Of a DNA stretch of 64,000 bases, positions 19,867 through 30,478 are shown in pieces (within the stretch, counting starts at the first letter, position 1; every line of letters starts with the position of its first letter). The stretch is taken from NCBI GenBank assembly GCA_002346535.1, contig DDZZ01000009.1:6891-70890 (forward strand). Direction: 5' to 3'. The notes below the pieces were generated by a model. It did not search any database. It saw nothing but the letters and a program-made list of their open reading frames with translations, and was not told where the DNA came from. Source of the stretch: Opitutales bacterium UBA2995. Its GTDB lineage: Bacteria > Verrucomicrobiota > Verrucomicrobiia > Opitutales > UBA2995. A program made the translations under genes and the position numbers.

Positions 19867-20055
19867 ATTGCAGAGGATTGAAATGGATTCTATTGGTTAG
19901 AGAAACACAAATTTGTGTGGTTAAAGTTTTAGGCGGAAGATGTAACTGGCCATGTCAAGGTTTTAAGCCGATAAGATCAATTGATTTTCATTTTAGTAGA
20001 TAGCCTCCCCTTTCTCAGCACTGAGATTTGTGAGGCCTTTATTTGATTTGTGCAA

Positions 20056-20226
20056 CTAATCCAGTTTATCGAAATAATGGATCAAATTTCCTATGTGTTC
20101 AGGTATTTCTATTCCCAGGTGTTCGCATCCGAGTTCGATTGTTGCACGGTCCACATTTGCGCCGAATGACTTGTCCTTGATCTTCATTCGGATGGATTTT
20201 ATTATCGGCTCTAACTTTTTTTCGTT
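20056..20226 (-). pseudogene. C-terminal remnant of an HD-superfamily hydrolase
   Basis: The open frame after a TAA reads LEPIIKSIRMKIKDKSFGANVDRATIELGCEHLGIEIPEHIGNLIHYFDKLD*. It resembles the K-K-x-K-D-K-x-F-A-x-x-V-N-R tail of that family. There is no upstream catalytic part. Confidence 0.4.
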
Positions 20227-20397
20227 TTAGACCGTTAGACCTATAGTGATTTGATTTTGGGAGTCGTCATTTCAGGTATACCTTTATGCGAGAAATGAAG
20301 TGATAGTTATCAGGTAGTCCTTACATTACCTCGATTTGAATTCAATGTTTAATGGAGCATCGGTAATTGATTTTACACATTAAAAACAAACTACCTT

Positions 20398-21858
20398 TCA
20401 CATTGGCTTAAGCGGTACTAATTGCCGCACTTTTCCATCGCCTTTGGTGACCAGGAAGACTTCTCCTTTGTCATCAATTCCCAGCCGTAAGTCAGCTCGC
20501 ATACCTGGGTGGTAAGTATTCGGATAACCAACCAGATCCAACAGATCTTTTTCTTCTCCATCGAAACTCAACCTTAATTCCCGGATTTCGGCAGGATTTC
20601 CTGGTAGCAGGTCTTTGGTATCGATGTAAAAGATGCGTCCGCGGACAATATCGGCAAACAGGTATTTGCCTTTCAGAGCTTCTATTTGGTTTCCGGTGTA
20701 TGCAAATCCACTGCCGATTGCTCGTCCTTCATCATGGTCGTACTGCGCAACCGGGCCCACGAAATTGTCTGCTGGATCGGCCGGAAAATTGTATACCGGA
20801 CCTACACTTAGTTGATCGATATTTGATCCCGTGGCAAAAGTACCCTCACGAATTCGCCAACCATAATTTGCTCCCGCTTGGCCAATATTCACTTCCTCGA
20901 CTTGATTTTGGCCGATGTCATTGATGAACATGCGTCCGTTTTCATCCCAGGAGAATTGTTGCGGGTGCCTCAGACCGTATGCCCAGATCTCTGGAGCCAC
21001 GTTAGTATCAAAAACAAATGGATTATCCTCGGGGATTCCGTAGTTGCGGCTTCCAGTCCGTACCAAGGGATTTATTCTGAGAATGGCACCATGCGGGCTA
21101 TCCATGGATTGACCGTAATCCATGGGGTCAAACCCTGCCCCACCGTCTCCCAAGCAAAAATAGAGGTTTCCATAATCATCTGACCCTGGTTGGGCGGTCG
21201 GCTTGAATGCGAGCGTTCCTATGCTGTGGTTCGGGGCAAATTGACCGACCCGGAAAATTTCCCTGTAGGTGCCTTCAAAGGGAATTTTCGAGTGATCGCT
21301 TGCGCTCCATTCTAGCACCACACTTTCATGACTGGAATTGGCTTCCTTATGGTAATTCGCTTTACCGGATCCCGAAGTGACACTGATACCTGTGTAAAAT
21401 TTTCCATATCCGAGCTCTCCTTTCTTCGAAAAATCCGGATGGAAAGCAAATCCACCTAACCCTGTTTCATTCGGCATGGTCGATGTATCAGAGGACAACG
21501 GATAGGCATTAAGATCTAAATACATCCGGACAGATCCTGACTTTGGATAAAGCAGGTAGAGCTGACCGCGCAAATCGCAGACAGCCAATTTCCCACTGTC
21601 ATCTCCAACTGGCTTGATATACTGAAGCCTGGCGTAGGCCGATGTCGTTGCCGGTTTTTTAACGGGATCTGTAGTTTTTGGAAGCTGAAATCGCTCAACC
21701 ACTCCAACGACTATGTCCCCCTTTTTGATTTTCTCAGGAATTGGATCGGTCAGTGGAGGAGGCTTTTTGTTAATGCATCCAAATAGGTAGGTGCTCAGAA
21801 TGGCCGTTGCGGCAATGAGTGCGATTAATCGTAACTGGATCGTTCTAGATCGTTTCAT
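20398..21858 (-). CDS. PQQ-type sugar dehydrogenase-like beta-propeller lipoprotein (no heme domain)
   Basis: Lipobox LFGC; YGLRHPQQFSWDENGRMFINDIGQNQVEEVN...GANYGWRIREG. Confidence 0.8.
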   Translation of the reverse strand: MKRSRTIQLRLIALIAATAILSTYLFGCINKKPPPLTDPIPEKIKKGDIVVGVVERFQLPKTTDPVKKPATTSAYARLQYIKPVGDDSGKLAVCDLRGQLYLLYPKSGSVRMYLDLNAYPLSSDTSTMPNETGLGGFAFHPDFSKKGELGYGKFYTGISVTSGSGKANYHKEANSSHESVVLEWSASDHSKIPFEGTYREIFRVGQFAPNHSIGTLAFKPTAQPGSDDYGNLYFCLGDGGAGFDPMDYGQSMDSPHGAILRINPLVRTGSRNYGIPEDNPFVFDTNVAPEIWAYGLRHPQQFSWDENGRMFINDIGQNQVEEVNIGQAGANYGWRIREGTFATGSNIDQLSVGPVYNFPADPADNFVGPVAQYDHDEGRAIGSGFAYTGNQIEALKGKYLFADIVRGRIFYIDTKDLLPGNPAEIRELRLSFDGEEKDLLDLVGYPNTYHPGMRADLRLGIDDKGEVFLVTKGDGKVRQLVPLKPM

Positions 21859-22041
21859 TTTTTCAAATTCAACATGGTTACTAACAAGCTCTAGCCGAAT
21901 TGGAAAGGGGTAATTGATGAAGTATTGCCAATGTGAGAGGTCCTCAAAATTGAATCGCAGGAGTGGGTTCTGGATTGGGAATTGCTGGACACTCGCTTTG
22001 CCCTTTTCACTTTCAATTTTTCATGCAATTTTGATCCATCC

Positions 22042-22980
22042 ATGAAACGTCTCACTGCATTCACTCTTCTTCTAACAAGCCCTCTGCTTTATGCCAATCA
22101 TCATCCTCTCAACTACGATGGTATGGTTGAACTGTTTGGCATAGACTTTGAAGCCACAGAAATAAAGACCGACAAGGTCAGTCATGGCATGTACGTCTTT
22201 TCCGGGGTTGGTGGCAACTTGGCTGTATCGATCGGCGAGGACGGCGTACTTATTGTTGATGACCAGTTTCCGGAAATGATTCCGAAAATCCAAGAGGCTG
22301 TCCGGAAATTGGGAGGTGATGGTGTGGACTATGTAATCAATACCCACTTCCATTTTGACCATGCTGATGGAAATAAAGCTTTAGGGCCTACCGGAACGAA
22401 CATTATTTCCCATGAAAATGCCCGGACTGATATGGCCAGTGGCCGGATGGTAAACTTGGTAATTGCCAAATACGAACAAGGAGCCTATCCGAAAAAAGCC
22501 CTGCCACAAATCACTTACTCGGACTCCATGCACGTACATTTTAACGAGCAGCGCATTGATCTATTTCATTTTGGTCCAGCCCATACCACCGGTGATACGA
22601 TGGTGTATTTTCGAGGGAGCAATGTACTGCATACTGGCGATGTTTTTATTACTTCAGGGTATCCTTTTATCGATGTAGATAACGGGGGTGATATCGACGG
22701 TTTGATTGCATTTTGTGAAGGAATTCTCGAACAGTTGGCCCCTGATACTGTTGTCATTCCGGGCCATGGTAGCGTGACAAATGTCCAAGCCATCAGGGAT
22801 TGGGTTAATATGCTGTCCACGGTTCGTGGCCGTGTTGCTAAAATGATTGATGAGGGCAAATCCCTCGAGGAGATCACCGCCGCGAATCCAACGAAAGGAT
22901 TCGATGAAAGCTATGGCGATCCCTCAAAATCTTTAGGTTTTATAAATCGGGTTTATACAAGCCTTTCCAATAAGCGGTAA
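22042..22980 (+). CDS. MBL-fold metallo-hydrolase, secreted
   Basis: THFHFDHADGN (HxHxDH) and a signal peptide starting at MKRLTAFTLLL. The track start at 21982 is a TTG extension. Confidence 0.85.
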   Translation: MKRLTAFTLLLTSPLLYANHHPLNYDGMVELFGIDFEATEIKTDKVSHGMYVFSGVGGNLAVSIGEDGVLIVDDQFPEMIPKIQEAVRKLGGDGVDYVINTHFHFDHADGNKALGPTGTNIISHENARTDMASGRMVNLVIAKYEQGAYPKKALPQITYSDSMHVHFNEQRIDLFHFGPAHTTGDTMVYFRGSNVLHTGDVFITSGYPFIDVDNGGDIDGLIAFCEGILEQLAPDTVVIPGHGSVTNVQAIRDWVNMLSTVRGRVAKMIDEGKSLEEITAANPTKGFDESYGDPSKSLGFINRVYTSLSNKR

Positions 22981-23226
22981 CCTCCACGGCTAAAGCGTAG
23001 GATTTTTCCAAGACCATACTTGAGGCCTTGAACTGGCATGTTCCTAGATTGGTGGCTAGAGCACCAGTGCCTTGGGCCTTGACAAATTTTCTTCGGGTTA
23101 GGGGTATATTAGGGATGCTAACTGAATGACTTTGGCGGAAGATCAATTTTAGGTCTTTTCAACTGTAAACCTAATTGAGTGCTTTTCCTCTTTGACCCGA
23201 AATACTGGCCATAGAACAATTACCAG

Positions 23227-24948
23227 ATGCATACCGTAGATTATATTATCATTATATTCTACATTCTTGGAATCGTCGCCGCTGGCATGGTCTTCACTAG
23301 CAAGATGAAAAATTCCAAGGAGATGTTTGCGGCGGGTGGGAAAAGTCCTTGGTGGGTTTCTGGATTGTCAGCATTTATGACGATATTTTCCGCGGGCACG
23401 TTCGTAATTTGGGGTGGTATCGCTTACAAGTATGGGGTTGTCGCTATTGCAATTAATCTTTGCTACGGAGTTTCGGCATTGTTGGTAGGTTGGTTTCTGG
23501 CAGGAGTGTGGAGAAAGGCCGGCGTCGATTCCGCATCGGAATTTTTGCATCAGCGATTTGGTGGATCGATTGTTCAATTCTACACTTGGTTTAAAGGATC
23601 ACTCACATTATTCAGCACGGGAGGTGCGGTGTATGCCCTGTCCAAAATCATCTGTGCCTTGATCCCTCTTTCAGAAGGGAATCTTTTAGCGGATCCGGCT
23701 ACCGGGCATTTATCGGTTCCTCTGACTTCGGTTTTCATTTGTTTAGTCGTCATTATCATTGCTTTTGCAGGAGGTCTATGGGCTGTATTGATGACCGATG
23801 TATTGCAATTTGTGATACTCACTGTATCAGTTGTTTTTGTCGTTCCTCTGATACTCACGGAAGTTGGAGGGTGGGGTGCGTTTGCCGCAGCGGCGCCTGA
23901 AGGATTCTTTACTCCGGTTGCGGCTGAGTTTTCTTGGTGGTTCTTAATTGGTTGGATGACGGTTAATTTTATCAATTTTTCAGGTGATTGGGCATTTGTT
24001 CAGCGCTGGGTATGCGTCCCCACTGTCAAGGATGCCAAAAAGTCTGCCTTTCTTATCGCCGGTCTCTATCTAGCGAGTCCGATATTCTGGATGATCCCAC
24101 CCCTGGTTTTTAGGGTCATAAATCCCAATGTGGATACTGAACAGGCATACATACTTGCATGTCAGCTAGTGCTACCCGCTGGAATGGTGGGATTAATGGT
24201 GGCAGCGATGGCATCTGCAACAGCCAGTATGGCTACCACCCGACTGAACGTATATGCTGGTGCATTTACCGAAGCATATCAGCGGCTGTTCAAGCAATCC
24301 GCTTCGGAGAAACACCTGGTGTTTGTAGGGCGAATCATAACGATTACTCTTGGGCTTACAATAGTGGCGGGTGCATTGCTGATTCCCCATTATGGCTACA
24401 CAAAATTTATCATCGATATAAATACTTTGCTTTATGTGCCTTTGTTGTTGCCTACGATATGGGGGTTGTTCTCGAGAAAAATTAGTCTTACAACAGCTTG
24501 GGTAACGACCGCGGTGGGATTTGTAACCGCCTACATTGTAAAATTTGCTTTGAGAGGAGACGGATTCCTCACAGGTATTGAATTTCTTCAGTCTTTGGTA
24601 ATTTGGATAGCAGAAAATTCCCGTATAGCCGACATGTTAGCAGGCATATTATTTCCGTTTCTGATTCTTACGATTATAGAGCTACTGGGAAAGCACGAGT
24701 ATCCTGGCTGGGAGAGGACTCAAAAATTGAAACATAAGTTTCATGAGCAACCCGCCGCGGAGGTCGATACCTTGCCAGGGAAATTGGTAGCAATCTCTTT
24801 AGTCGTGGTGGCCTTGGTGATAGGCCTGCTTTCCATAATCAATCGAGGCGAAGCCCTTTTATTACTCACTATGTCGGTGGTACTCCTGTTTATAGCTGGA
24901 GTTTTCCGTCACTATTTACGCAAAGCGGATCAAGCGGTCGAAGGTTAA
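23227..24948 (+). CDS. sodium:solute symporter (SSS) family transporter
   Basis: 573 aa, many TM segments, with the SSS N-terminal pattern (FAAGGKSPWWVSGLSAFMTIFSAGTF). Confidence 0.85.
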   Translation: MHTVDYIIIIFYILGIVAAGMVFTSKMKNSKEMFAAGGKSPWWVSGLSAFMTIFSAGTFVIWGGIAYKYGVVAIAINLCYGVSALLVGWFLAGVWRKAGVDSASEFLHQRFGGSIVQFYTWFKGSLTLFSTGGAVYALSKIICALIPLSEGNLLADPATGHLSVPLTSVFICLVVIIIAFAGGLWAVLMTDVLQFVILTVSVVFVVPLILTEVGGWGAFAAAAPEGFFTPVAAEFSWWFLIGWMTVNFINFSGDWAFVQRWVCVPTVKDAKKSAFLIAGLYLASPIFWMIPPLVFRVINPNVDTEQAYILACQLVLPAGMVGLMVAAMASATASMATTRLNVYAGAFTEAYQRLFKQSASEKHLVFVGRIITITLGLTIVAGALLIPHYGYTKFIIDINTLLYVPLLLPTIWGLFSRKISLTTAWVTTAVGFVTAYIVKFALRGDGFLTGIEFLQSLVIWIAENSRIADMLAGILFPFLILTIIELLGKHEYPGWERTQKLKHKFHEQPAAEVDTLPGKLVAISLVVVALVIGLLSIINRGEALLLLTMSVVLLFIAGVFRHYLRKADQAVEG

Positions 24949-24975
24949 CAGCCGGCGCAATTCCTAGGTGAACTG

Positions 24976-26382
24976 CTATCTTGCAGTTTCACGCCAATTG
25001 GCCCAGGCTTTGCGGACCCGATCCAGCTGCGTCTTGTACTCTGGTCGACCGGCAAGATTAACCGTTTCCTCCGGATCGGCTTTTAGGTCGAACAGCTCCT
25101 CGTAACGTGCTGTTCCTTCTGCTTCTTCGCCAATGACCAGGTAGCGTCCGTATTTCCAGCGAAGATCCCGAACCCCTTCCGTTGGCATAATAAGGCCGTT
25201 CGCATTGAACCAGTGTTCGTAGAAAAAAGAGGATCTCCAGTTTGCGGGATCTTCACCGTCTGCGATAGGTTTGAGGTTTACTCCTTGCATAATATTTGGC
25301 ACCTGAATGCCGGCGTAAGCAAGTATCGTAGGAGCCATGTCGATGCTTAGGGTCATCTCCTCACGGCTCTTACCTCTCTGCGATTTTTCCAATCTGGGAT
25401 CATAAATAACCAATGGCACGCGGATGGAGACTTCGTGCGGTGTCCACTTGCCGGCGAATCCATATTCTCCAAGAAAAAATCCGTGGTCGGACGTGTAGAT
25501 AATCACCGTGTTGTCTGCCAGGTTTTGTTTCTCCAATTGCTCCCGTATCCTTCCAACCACTGAATCAATTCCGGTTACCAGCCGGAAGTAGTCTTTGACG
25601 GATCTCTGAAACTGGCCGGGTGAACGGAAGCGAATCGCCCAACGGTCCCGGTTCATGCTGTTTTGAATGAATTCCGGGAACCTGTCGTGATATTCTGCGG
25701 CTGCGGTGTGGGGCATGGGTATGGTGACACCGCTATATAGGTTTTCAAATTCGGGATCGGACGGAAATTGATCCGAATAAATGTCGCTCGAATCCTGAAC
25801 GTGTGGCGCTTTGAAACTGACGGAAAGGTGGAAGGGCGTATCCGCCTTACAACTTTTCAGAAAGCTTATGGCCTGATCGCCCAACTTGGAGGTGAGGTGT
25901 TGGCCTTTTTTTTCTTTCACATCCCCTTCAAAATAACGGCTTTGGCCTGGAAACCCCTTGTTGTAATCCAGTATTTTGTTCGCTTGCTTCGGATGGCCGA
26001 CCCCCCATTTCCCAATAAAGCCAGTTCGGTAGCCGGCTTCTTTCAGTTTGGCCAAATAAGTGTTGCTCAATTGCTCCTTGGAAAAATCCCGGTTAAATTG
26101 CCAAATTCCGTGGCGCGCGGCATATTGGCCAGTAAATACACAGGCCCTGTTTGTCATGCATATGGCCGTGGTGACAAATCCGTTTTTGAAAAGAACACCT
26201 TGAGACGCCATCGCGTCGATGTTGGGTGTGTGAATAATGGAATTTCCCATACAGCCCAAAGCGTCCGCCCGCTGGTCGTCTGCCATCAGGTAAATGATGT
26301 TCGGCCGATCTGCTCCATAGAGCATCGAGCATATCGCAAAGACCATCAGCAATAGTATTTTCAGTGATTTAAGAGAAGACAT
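24976..26382 (-). CDS. sulfatase with a non-canonical active-site motif C-M-T-N-R
   Basis: IIYLMADDQRADALGCMGN...AICMTNRACVFTGQY...GKWGVGH. Motif codons lie at 26146-26160. Confidence 0.85.
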   Translation of the reverse strand: MSSLKSLKILLLMVFAICSMLYGADRPNIIYLMADDQRADALGCMGNSIIHTPNIDAMASQGVLFKNGFVTTAICMTNRACVFTGQYAARHGIWQFNRDFSKEQLSNTYLAKLKEAGYRTGFIGKWGVGHPKQANKILDYNKGFPGQSRYFEGDVKEKKGQHLTSKLGDQAISFLKSCKADTPFHLSVSFKAPHVQDSSDIYSDQFPSDPEFENLYSGVTIPMPHTAAAEYHDRFPEFIQNSMNRDRWAIRFRSPGQFQRSVKDYFRLVTGIDSVVGRIREQLEKQNLADNTVIIYTSDHGFFLGEYGFAGKWTPHEVSIRVPLVIYDPRLEKSQRGKSREEMTLSIDMAPTILAYAGIQVPNIMQGVNLKPIADGEDPANWRSSFFYEHWFNANGLIMPTEGVRDLRWKYGRYLVIGEEAEGTARYEELFDLKADPEETVNLAGRPEYKTQLDRVRKAWANWRETAR

Positions 26383-26514
26383 ATGTATAATGTGTTACAT
26401 GATAGATGGTGGTTGCTGCCTTTATTGCGCCGGATCCCAAACCAATGCGTATGTAGCAACCTTATTGATCAATCCATGATTACCGTAATTATAGCTTATC
26501 AGGGAGCTGGAAGA

Positions 26515-27804
26515 TCAAGTCATTTCCAATCCGGTCAAAGTGCTGGTACTCGTGGCGAACTTATCTTTTTCTAGGCCGATTCGCTGGAGTGCACTGACAT
26601 AAAGATTCGGTAACGGGTAATTGTTTTCCTGATCGAAGGCTATATGCTGGCCATGTTTGAATCCACCTCCTGCGAACATCACTGGCATGTTTTTGTTATC
26701 ATGAGCACTGGCGTTACCAAGATTGGAAGTCAACAGGACCATGGTTTGATCGAGCAAATTTCCATCTCCGGCCGGGGTTTCTTTCAGCTGCCGTACGAAT
26801 CCTCCCCAAGCTTTGACCAATTCGGTTTCCACGATGGTCAATTGGTCAATCTTTCTCTCATCCAGCCCATGGTGGCTCAAGCTGTGGTAGGCTTCTTCGA
26901 CACCTGCCAGCGGAACCGGACCTCCTGATCCGTTCAGGTGCAATGTCATGAATCGGGCGGAATCGGTCTGAAGCGCGAAATACATGATATCGAGCATCGC
27001 TTGCTTTTGCAGGACGACTTCCTTGTTGTCGGTGATGTCCACCGGTTGAGGCATATCCACATTTGGTTTCGGTCGTCCCACCCAGTCTTCGGACTCGAAA
27101 AGGCGTTGCTCAAAATTTCTGACGGAAGTAAAATACTGGTCCAGCTTTTCTCTGTCCGCCTTGCTCACATCCCGTTGCAGTTTCCGTGCATCGTCGGATA
27201 CAATATCCATGATGCTTCTACCTTGGCGCAGTCTTCTCTGCTGCAGCTTCCGCTCCTTGGGCGAGTCGTTTACAAAAAGCATGTTATATAACTTTGAAGC
27301 GGAATGTTCCGCCGGGATCATACTACCCGTCTCGGTGTAAGACGGGCTATTGTTGCTGTGTGTATTCAATACCAATGACGGAAAGCGGGTGTGATGCCCC
27401 AGGTGTTTAGCCATGTATTGGTCTAGAGAAATGGTATTTCTGAAAACTCCGTTCCGGGAGTAGGGAGCTGCGGTTAAAATGCTGCCTTCAGCATTGTGGC
27501 CACCAGAGACACCAGGGTGTGAGGATCCGGATACGATAGTCATGTCCTGAAGCAAATCAGGGATTGAAGACAGGTACGTAGATGGGGTGTAGTTGAAACC
27601 AGTATTGACAGGGTTTAAATTTGGTCCGTGCAATCCCAGGGCCAGGCTGACACTCACAAAACGTTTTGGTTGAGTAGCCGCTGCTGGGGCTGCAAAAGTG
27701 GGTAGCATGGAGTCCAGCCAGGGGAGGGCCATCGTTACTCCTGCACCTTTTAGAAAAGTTCTGCGAGATACTGATTTTGAAAAATTGAAGTGTATACCTT
27801 TCAT
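26515..27804 (-). CDS. DUF1552-like protein with a Tat-type signal
   Basis: SRRTFLKGAGVTMALPWLDSMLP N-terminus; 429 aa; 11 nt downstream of its usual partner. Confidence 0.75.
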   Translation of the reverse strand: MKGIHFNFSKSVSRRTFLKGAGVTMALPWLDSMLPTFAAPAAATQPKRFVSVSLALGLHGPNLNPVNTGFNYTPSTYLSSIPDLLQDMTIVSGSSHPGVSGGHNAEGSILTAAPYSRNGVFRNTISLDQYMAKHLGHHTRFPSLVLNTHSNNSPSYTETGSMIPAEHSASKLYNMLFVNDSPKERKLQQRRLRQGRSIMDIVSDDARKLQRDVSKADREKLDQYFTSVRNFEQRLFESEDWVGRPKPNVDMPQPVDITDNKEVVLQKQAMLDIMYFALQTDSARFMTLHLNGSGGPVPLAGVEEAYHSLSHHGLDERKIDQLTIVETELVKAWGGFVRQLKETPAGDGNLLDQTMVLLTSNLGNASAHDNKNMPVMFAGGGFKHGQHIAFDQENNYPLPNLYVSALQRIGLEKDKFATSTSTLTGLEMT

Positions 27805-27815
27805 AGGGGTAGGAC

Positions 27816-30191
27816 TTATTTATTAAGAAATACCGGGCTTTGCACAACTGCGTGAATCAATGATCGGAAACCATAGTTTGAGGATTTAATTTTTTCGAGA
27901 ATAACTTCCATGTCTCTTCTATCGGCAAATTCTATACTAGCCCCAGTCGAGAATATGATGCATTTCTCAATCAGGTTATGAGCGATTTTTTCAGGATTAT
28001 TTAATAGAATCTGCTTAAATTCGTCAATATCGGCGAACGCTTGACCATCGGGAGTCACAAAGCTCGGGTCCACACTTGGTCCGTCCCACCATTTTCCTCT
28101 TTCTTTTACTGCACGGTAATTTTCGCGCCAGCCTCCAATGACATTGTAATTTTCCAGCGCGAATCCCGGCGGATCGATTTTAACGTGGCAAACTGCGCAG
28201 GATTGAATATTTCGATGTTTGTCCAGCTGATCGCGAATCGATTGGGCGCCGCGGATATCGGGTTCGATGGCAGGAATATCATCCGGGGGTGGTAAGGTTT
28301 TTTCACCCATGATGCGCTCCAGCATATACACCCCACGAATGACGGGCGATGTTGTAGTGCCATTGGCCGTAACTTTCAGGACACTACCATGGGTGATAAG
28401 ACCCCCACGCCGATATTCTGGCTTGAGAGCGACTTTTTGAAACTCGGTTCCTCGTACGCCTTTGATTCCATAGTGGTGGGCAATGCGCTCATTGAGCATT
28501 GTGAAGTCAGAATCGACTACGTTTGTCACACTCAGATCTTCATTTATCATTTCCCGTAGGAAGGCGTGCGTCTCTCCCATCATAGCGTTTTTCAGGACCT
28601 CATCAAATTCCGGGTAAAGCTTCTGGTCCGGGGTCGTGAAATCGATTTCCTTCAGGTCCAACCATTGGTCGGAAAAGCGGCGAATAAAGGATTCCGATTT
28701 AGGGTCGTTAAGCATCCGATCAATTTGGCTACTCAACGTAGAAGATCGACTGAGTCGTTTCCGACGTGCCAGATTCAGCAGCTCATCATCGGGAAATGTA
28801 CCCCAGAAAAAATAGCTAAGACGAGAAGCGATACTGTAGTCGTCCAATTTTCCAACAGGTTCGTTGAAATATAAAAAGCGTGGAGAACATAGAACGGCCC
28901 GATAACCTGCTCTAATTGCTTCCACTACTGGCAGCTTTTCTTCAATGACTTCAAATGCGACTTCCAAATAGGGACGTAATTCGGATTTACCAACGGGTTT
29001 ACGAAATGCCCTGGTCGCAAAGGTTCGCATGAGCCGTTCAACGTCCCGTTTCGGATTTTTGCTTACTAATTGGCCGTCCTCAATTTTCATTCGACCAAAG
29101 AGTAGCTGTTGGAGTTCGGTTGGGTTTGGACCTTTGTAAATGCGTTCAATTTCTATTCTCTCTAGTGCGACTTTTGCGACCTTTGGGTCCTGAATAGCTT
29201 CGATGCTATGAGACCTGGCGGAGGTGCGGAGCAACGTGTGATCCATGGGCCGTATTTCGAGCATGTGTTCTTTTTCTATCCAGGCTTCAAAGGTATGTTC
29301 CTTGGATTCGTTTTGTGCCTCAAAGCTTCCGATCCAAAACATTGTGGGAGCATTGGCGTAGCACACCCCGCTTCTGACAGACGTCCATACGCCCCTGCCT
29401 TCGGGTGGAGTTACAGCATGGGCTTTTACGTGAATACGATACCATCCACTTTCCGGCACCTTCGTTGCGTGCATTCGTCCGTGGTATGTTTGAGTACTGG
29501 AAAAGACGATGCCCGAATCATTCCAATGCCAAGGCCCGCGGTTGTTACCGATGCGTTTGTCAGGCTGATAAGCAAAATCAGCTGCGGCCAAGTTTTTGTA
29601 CATAGGTACTATCGTAGTCATTGCCCGGGTAAAAGCTTCGTCCAAGGCTGCGTCTGCTGCTTCCAAATATTTTTGTAGGAGATGATAGGATATCTGTTGA
29701 GCATCGGCTACGTTGCTGAATCCGTCTTGAACTGGATCCTTCGGGATCAATTTGCGTAATGGTATATCGACTCCCACCAATCCTTGCAATGACTTCTCAT
29801 ATTCCTCACGATTAAGGCGACGTGACCTTACTCGACCGATTTGTTTTTGCTGCCGAACAGATGCAGCAAACAAGACTTTCTCTAATTCCACTAAAAATTC
29901 TGCCCGTTCTTCTTCTTCCAGTAGCACGTCTTCTTTGGGTGGCATCTCGTAATTCATCACCCGGTCAAGCATGAGGATCCATTGATTCATGGAAGCGAGA
30001 TCTGAAGAATTGAATTTTGCGTTTACCAAATCAAGGCCACCCTCCTTGTCCACCTCGTTATGGCACTCAAAACAGTTCATGTCCATAAACTGGTGGACTG
30101 AATTCGGTATCTGGTCCTTCGCTACAATTCCAGTATTAAAAATTAGAGCACTTCCCATTAAAAGGGTGATGGAATGAAGTACCAATCTCAT
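27816..30191 (-). CDS. DUF1592/DUF1588/DUF1585-type multidomain protein with CxxCH motifs
   Basis: 791 aa; CFECHNEVDKEGGLDL near the N-terminus and CAVCHVKIDPPGFALENY near the C-terminus. Confidence 0.75.
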   Translation of the reverse strand: MRLVLHSITLLMGSALIFNTGIVAKDQIPNSVHQFMDMNCFECHNEVDKEGGLDLVNAKFNSSDLASMNQWILMLDRVMNYEMPPKEDVLLEEEERAEFLVELEKVLFAASVRQQKQIGRVRSRRLNREEYEKSLQGLVGVDIPLRKLIPKDPVQDGFSNVADAQQISYHLLQKYLEAADAALDEAFTRAMTTIVPMYKNLAAADFAYQPDKRIGNNRGPWHWNDSGIVFSSTQTYHGRMHATKVPESGWYRIHVKAHAVTPPEGRGVWTSVRSGVCYANAPTMFWIGSFEAQNESKEHTFEAWIEKEHMLEIRPMDHTLLRTSARSHSIEAIQDPKVAKVALERIEIERIYKGPNPTELQQLLFGRMKIEDGQLVSKNPKRDVERLMRTFATRAFRKPVGKSELRPYLEVAFEVIEEKLPVVEAIRAGYRAVLCSPRFLYFNEPVGKLDDYSIASRLSYFFWGTFPDDELLNLARRKRLSRSSTLSSQIDRMLNDPKSESFIRRFSDQWLDLKEIDFTTPDQKLYPEFDEVLKNAMMGETHAFLREMINEDLSVTNVVDSDFTMLNERIAHHYGIKGVRGTEFQKVALKPEYRRGGLITHGSVLKVTANGTTTSPVIRGVYMLERIMGEKTLPPPDDIPAIEPDIRGAQSIRDQLDKHRNIQSCAVCHVKIDPPGFALENYNVIGGWRENYRAVKERGKWWDGPSVDPSFVTPDGQAFADIDEFKQILLNNPEKIAHNLIEKCIIFSTGASIEFADRRDMEVILEKIKSSNYGFRSLIHAVVQSPVFLNK

Positions 30192-30478
30192 TTATAATAA
30201 TTGTCCTTTCAGGGGAAAAGTAACGGTTGAGATGCTAAAAATGGTAGAGAGAAAAGAAGAGATTGGAGCCTTTTCTTTCCTTCAGCGTTAAGAAATTTGG
30301 ATAAATTGCAATCTCCTTGTCGCTTTTTAAAGCTTTGCGGAATTCAGGTTTTATCAGTTCTAGAATTAGAAAATTAAATTTGCGAAAGCGGGTCACGACT
30401 TTTTCATTGATCTTTTGGAAACGCGGTGAAATCTCCGTCTCGACAAATCGTTGTTCTTTCGCAAACTCTTTCACCACT

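Noticed and set aside
24967-24991. Imperfect hairpin GTGAACTGC-tatct-TGCAGTTTCAC between convergent genes, as a possible bidirectional terminator.
   Set aside because: It has a bulged stem and no U-run on either strand, and it overlaps the last codons of the sulfatase gene. The evidence is too weak to call.
30235-30477. 80-codon Lys-rich ORF filling the divergent spacer between the DUF1592 gene and the Gfo/Idh/MocA gene.
   Set aside because: It has a GTG start 1 nt from the divergent ATG, so it would leave no room for either promoter. It has no recognisable motif and the region is AT-rich. I kept it only as a note.
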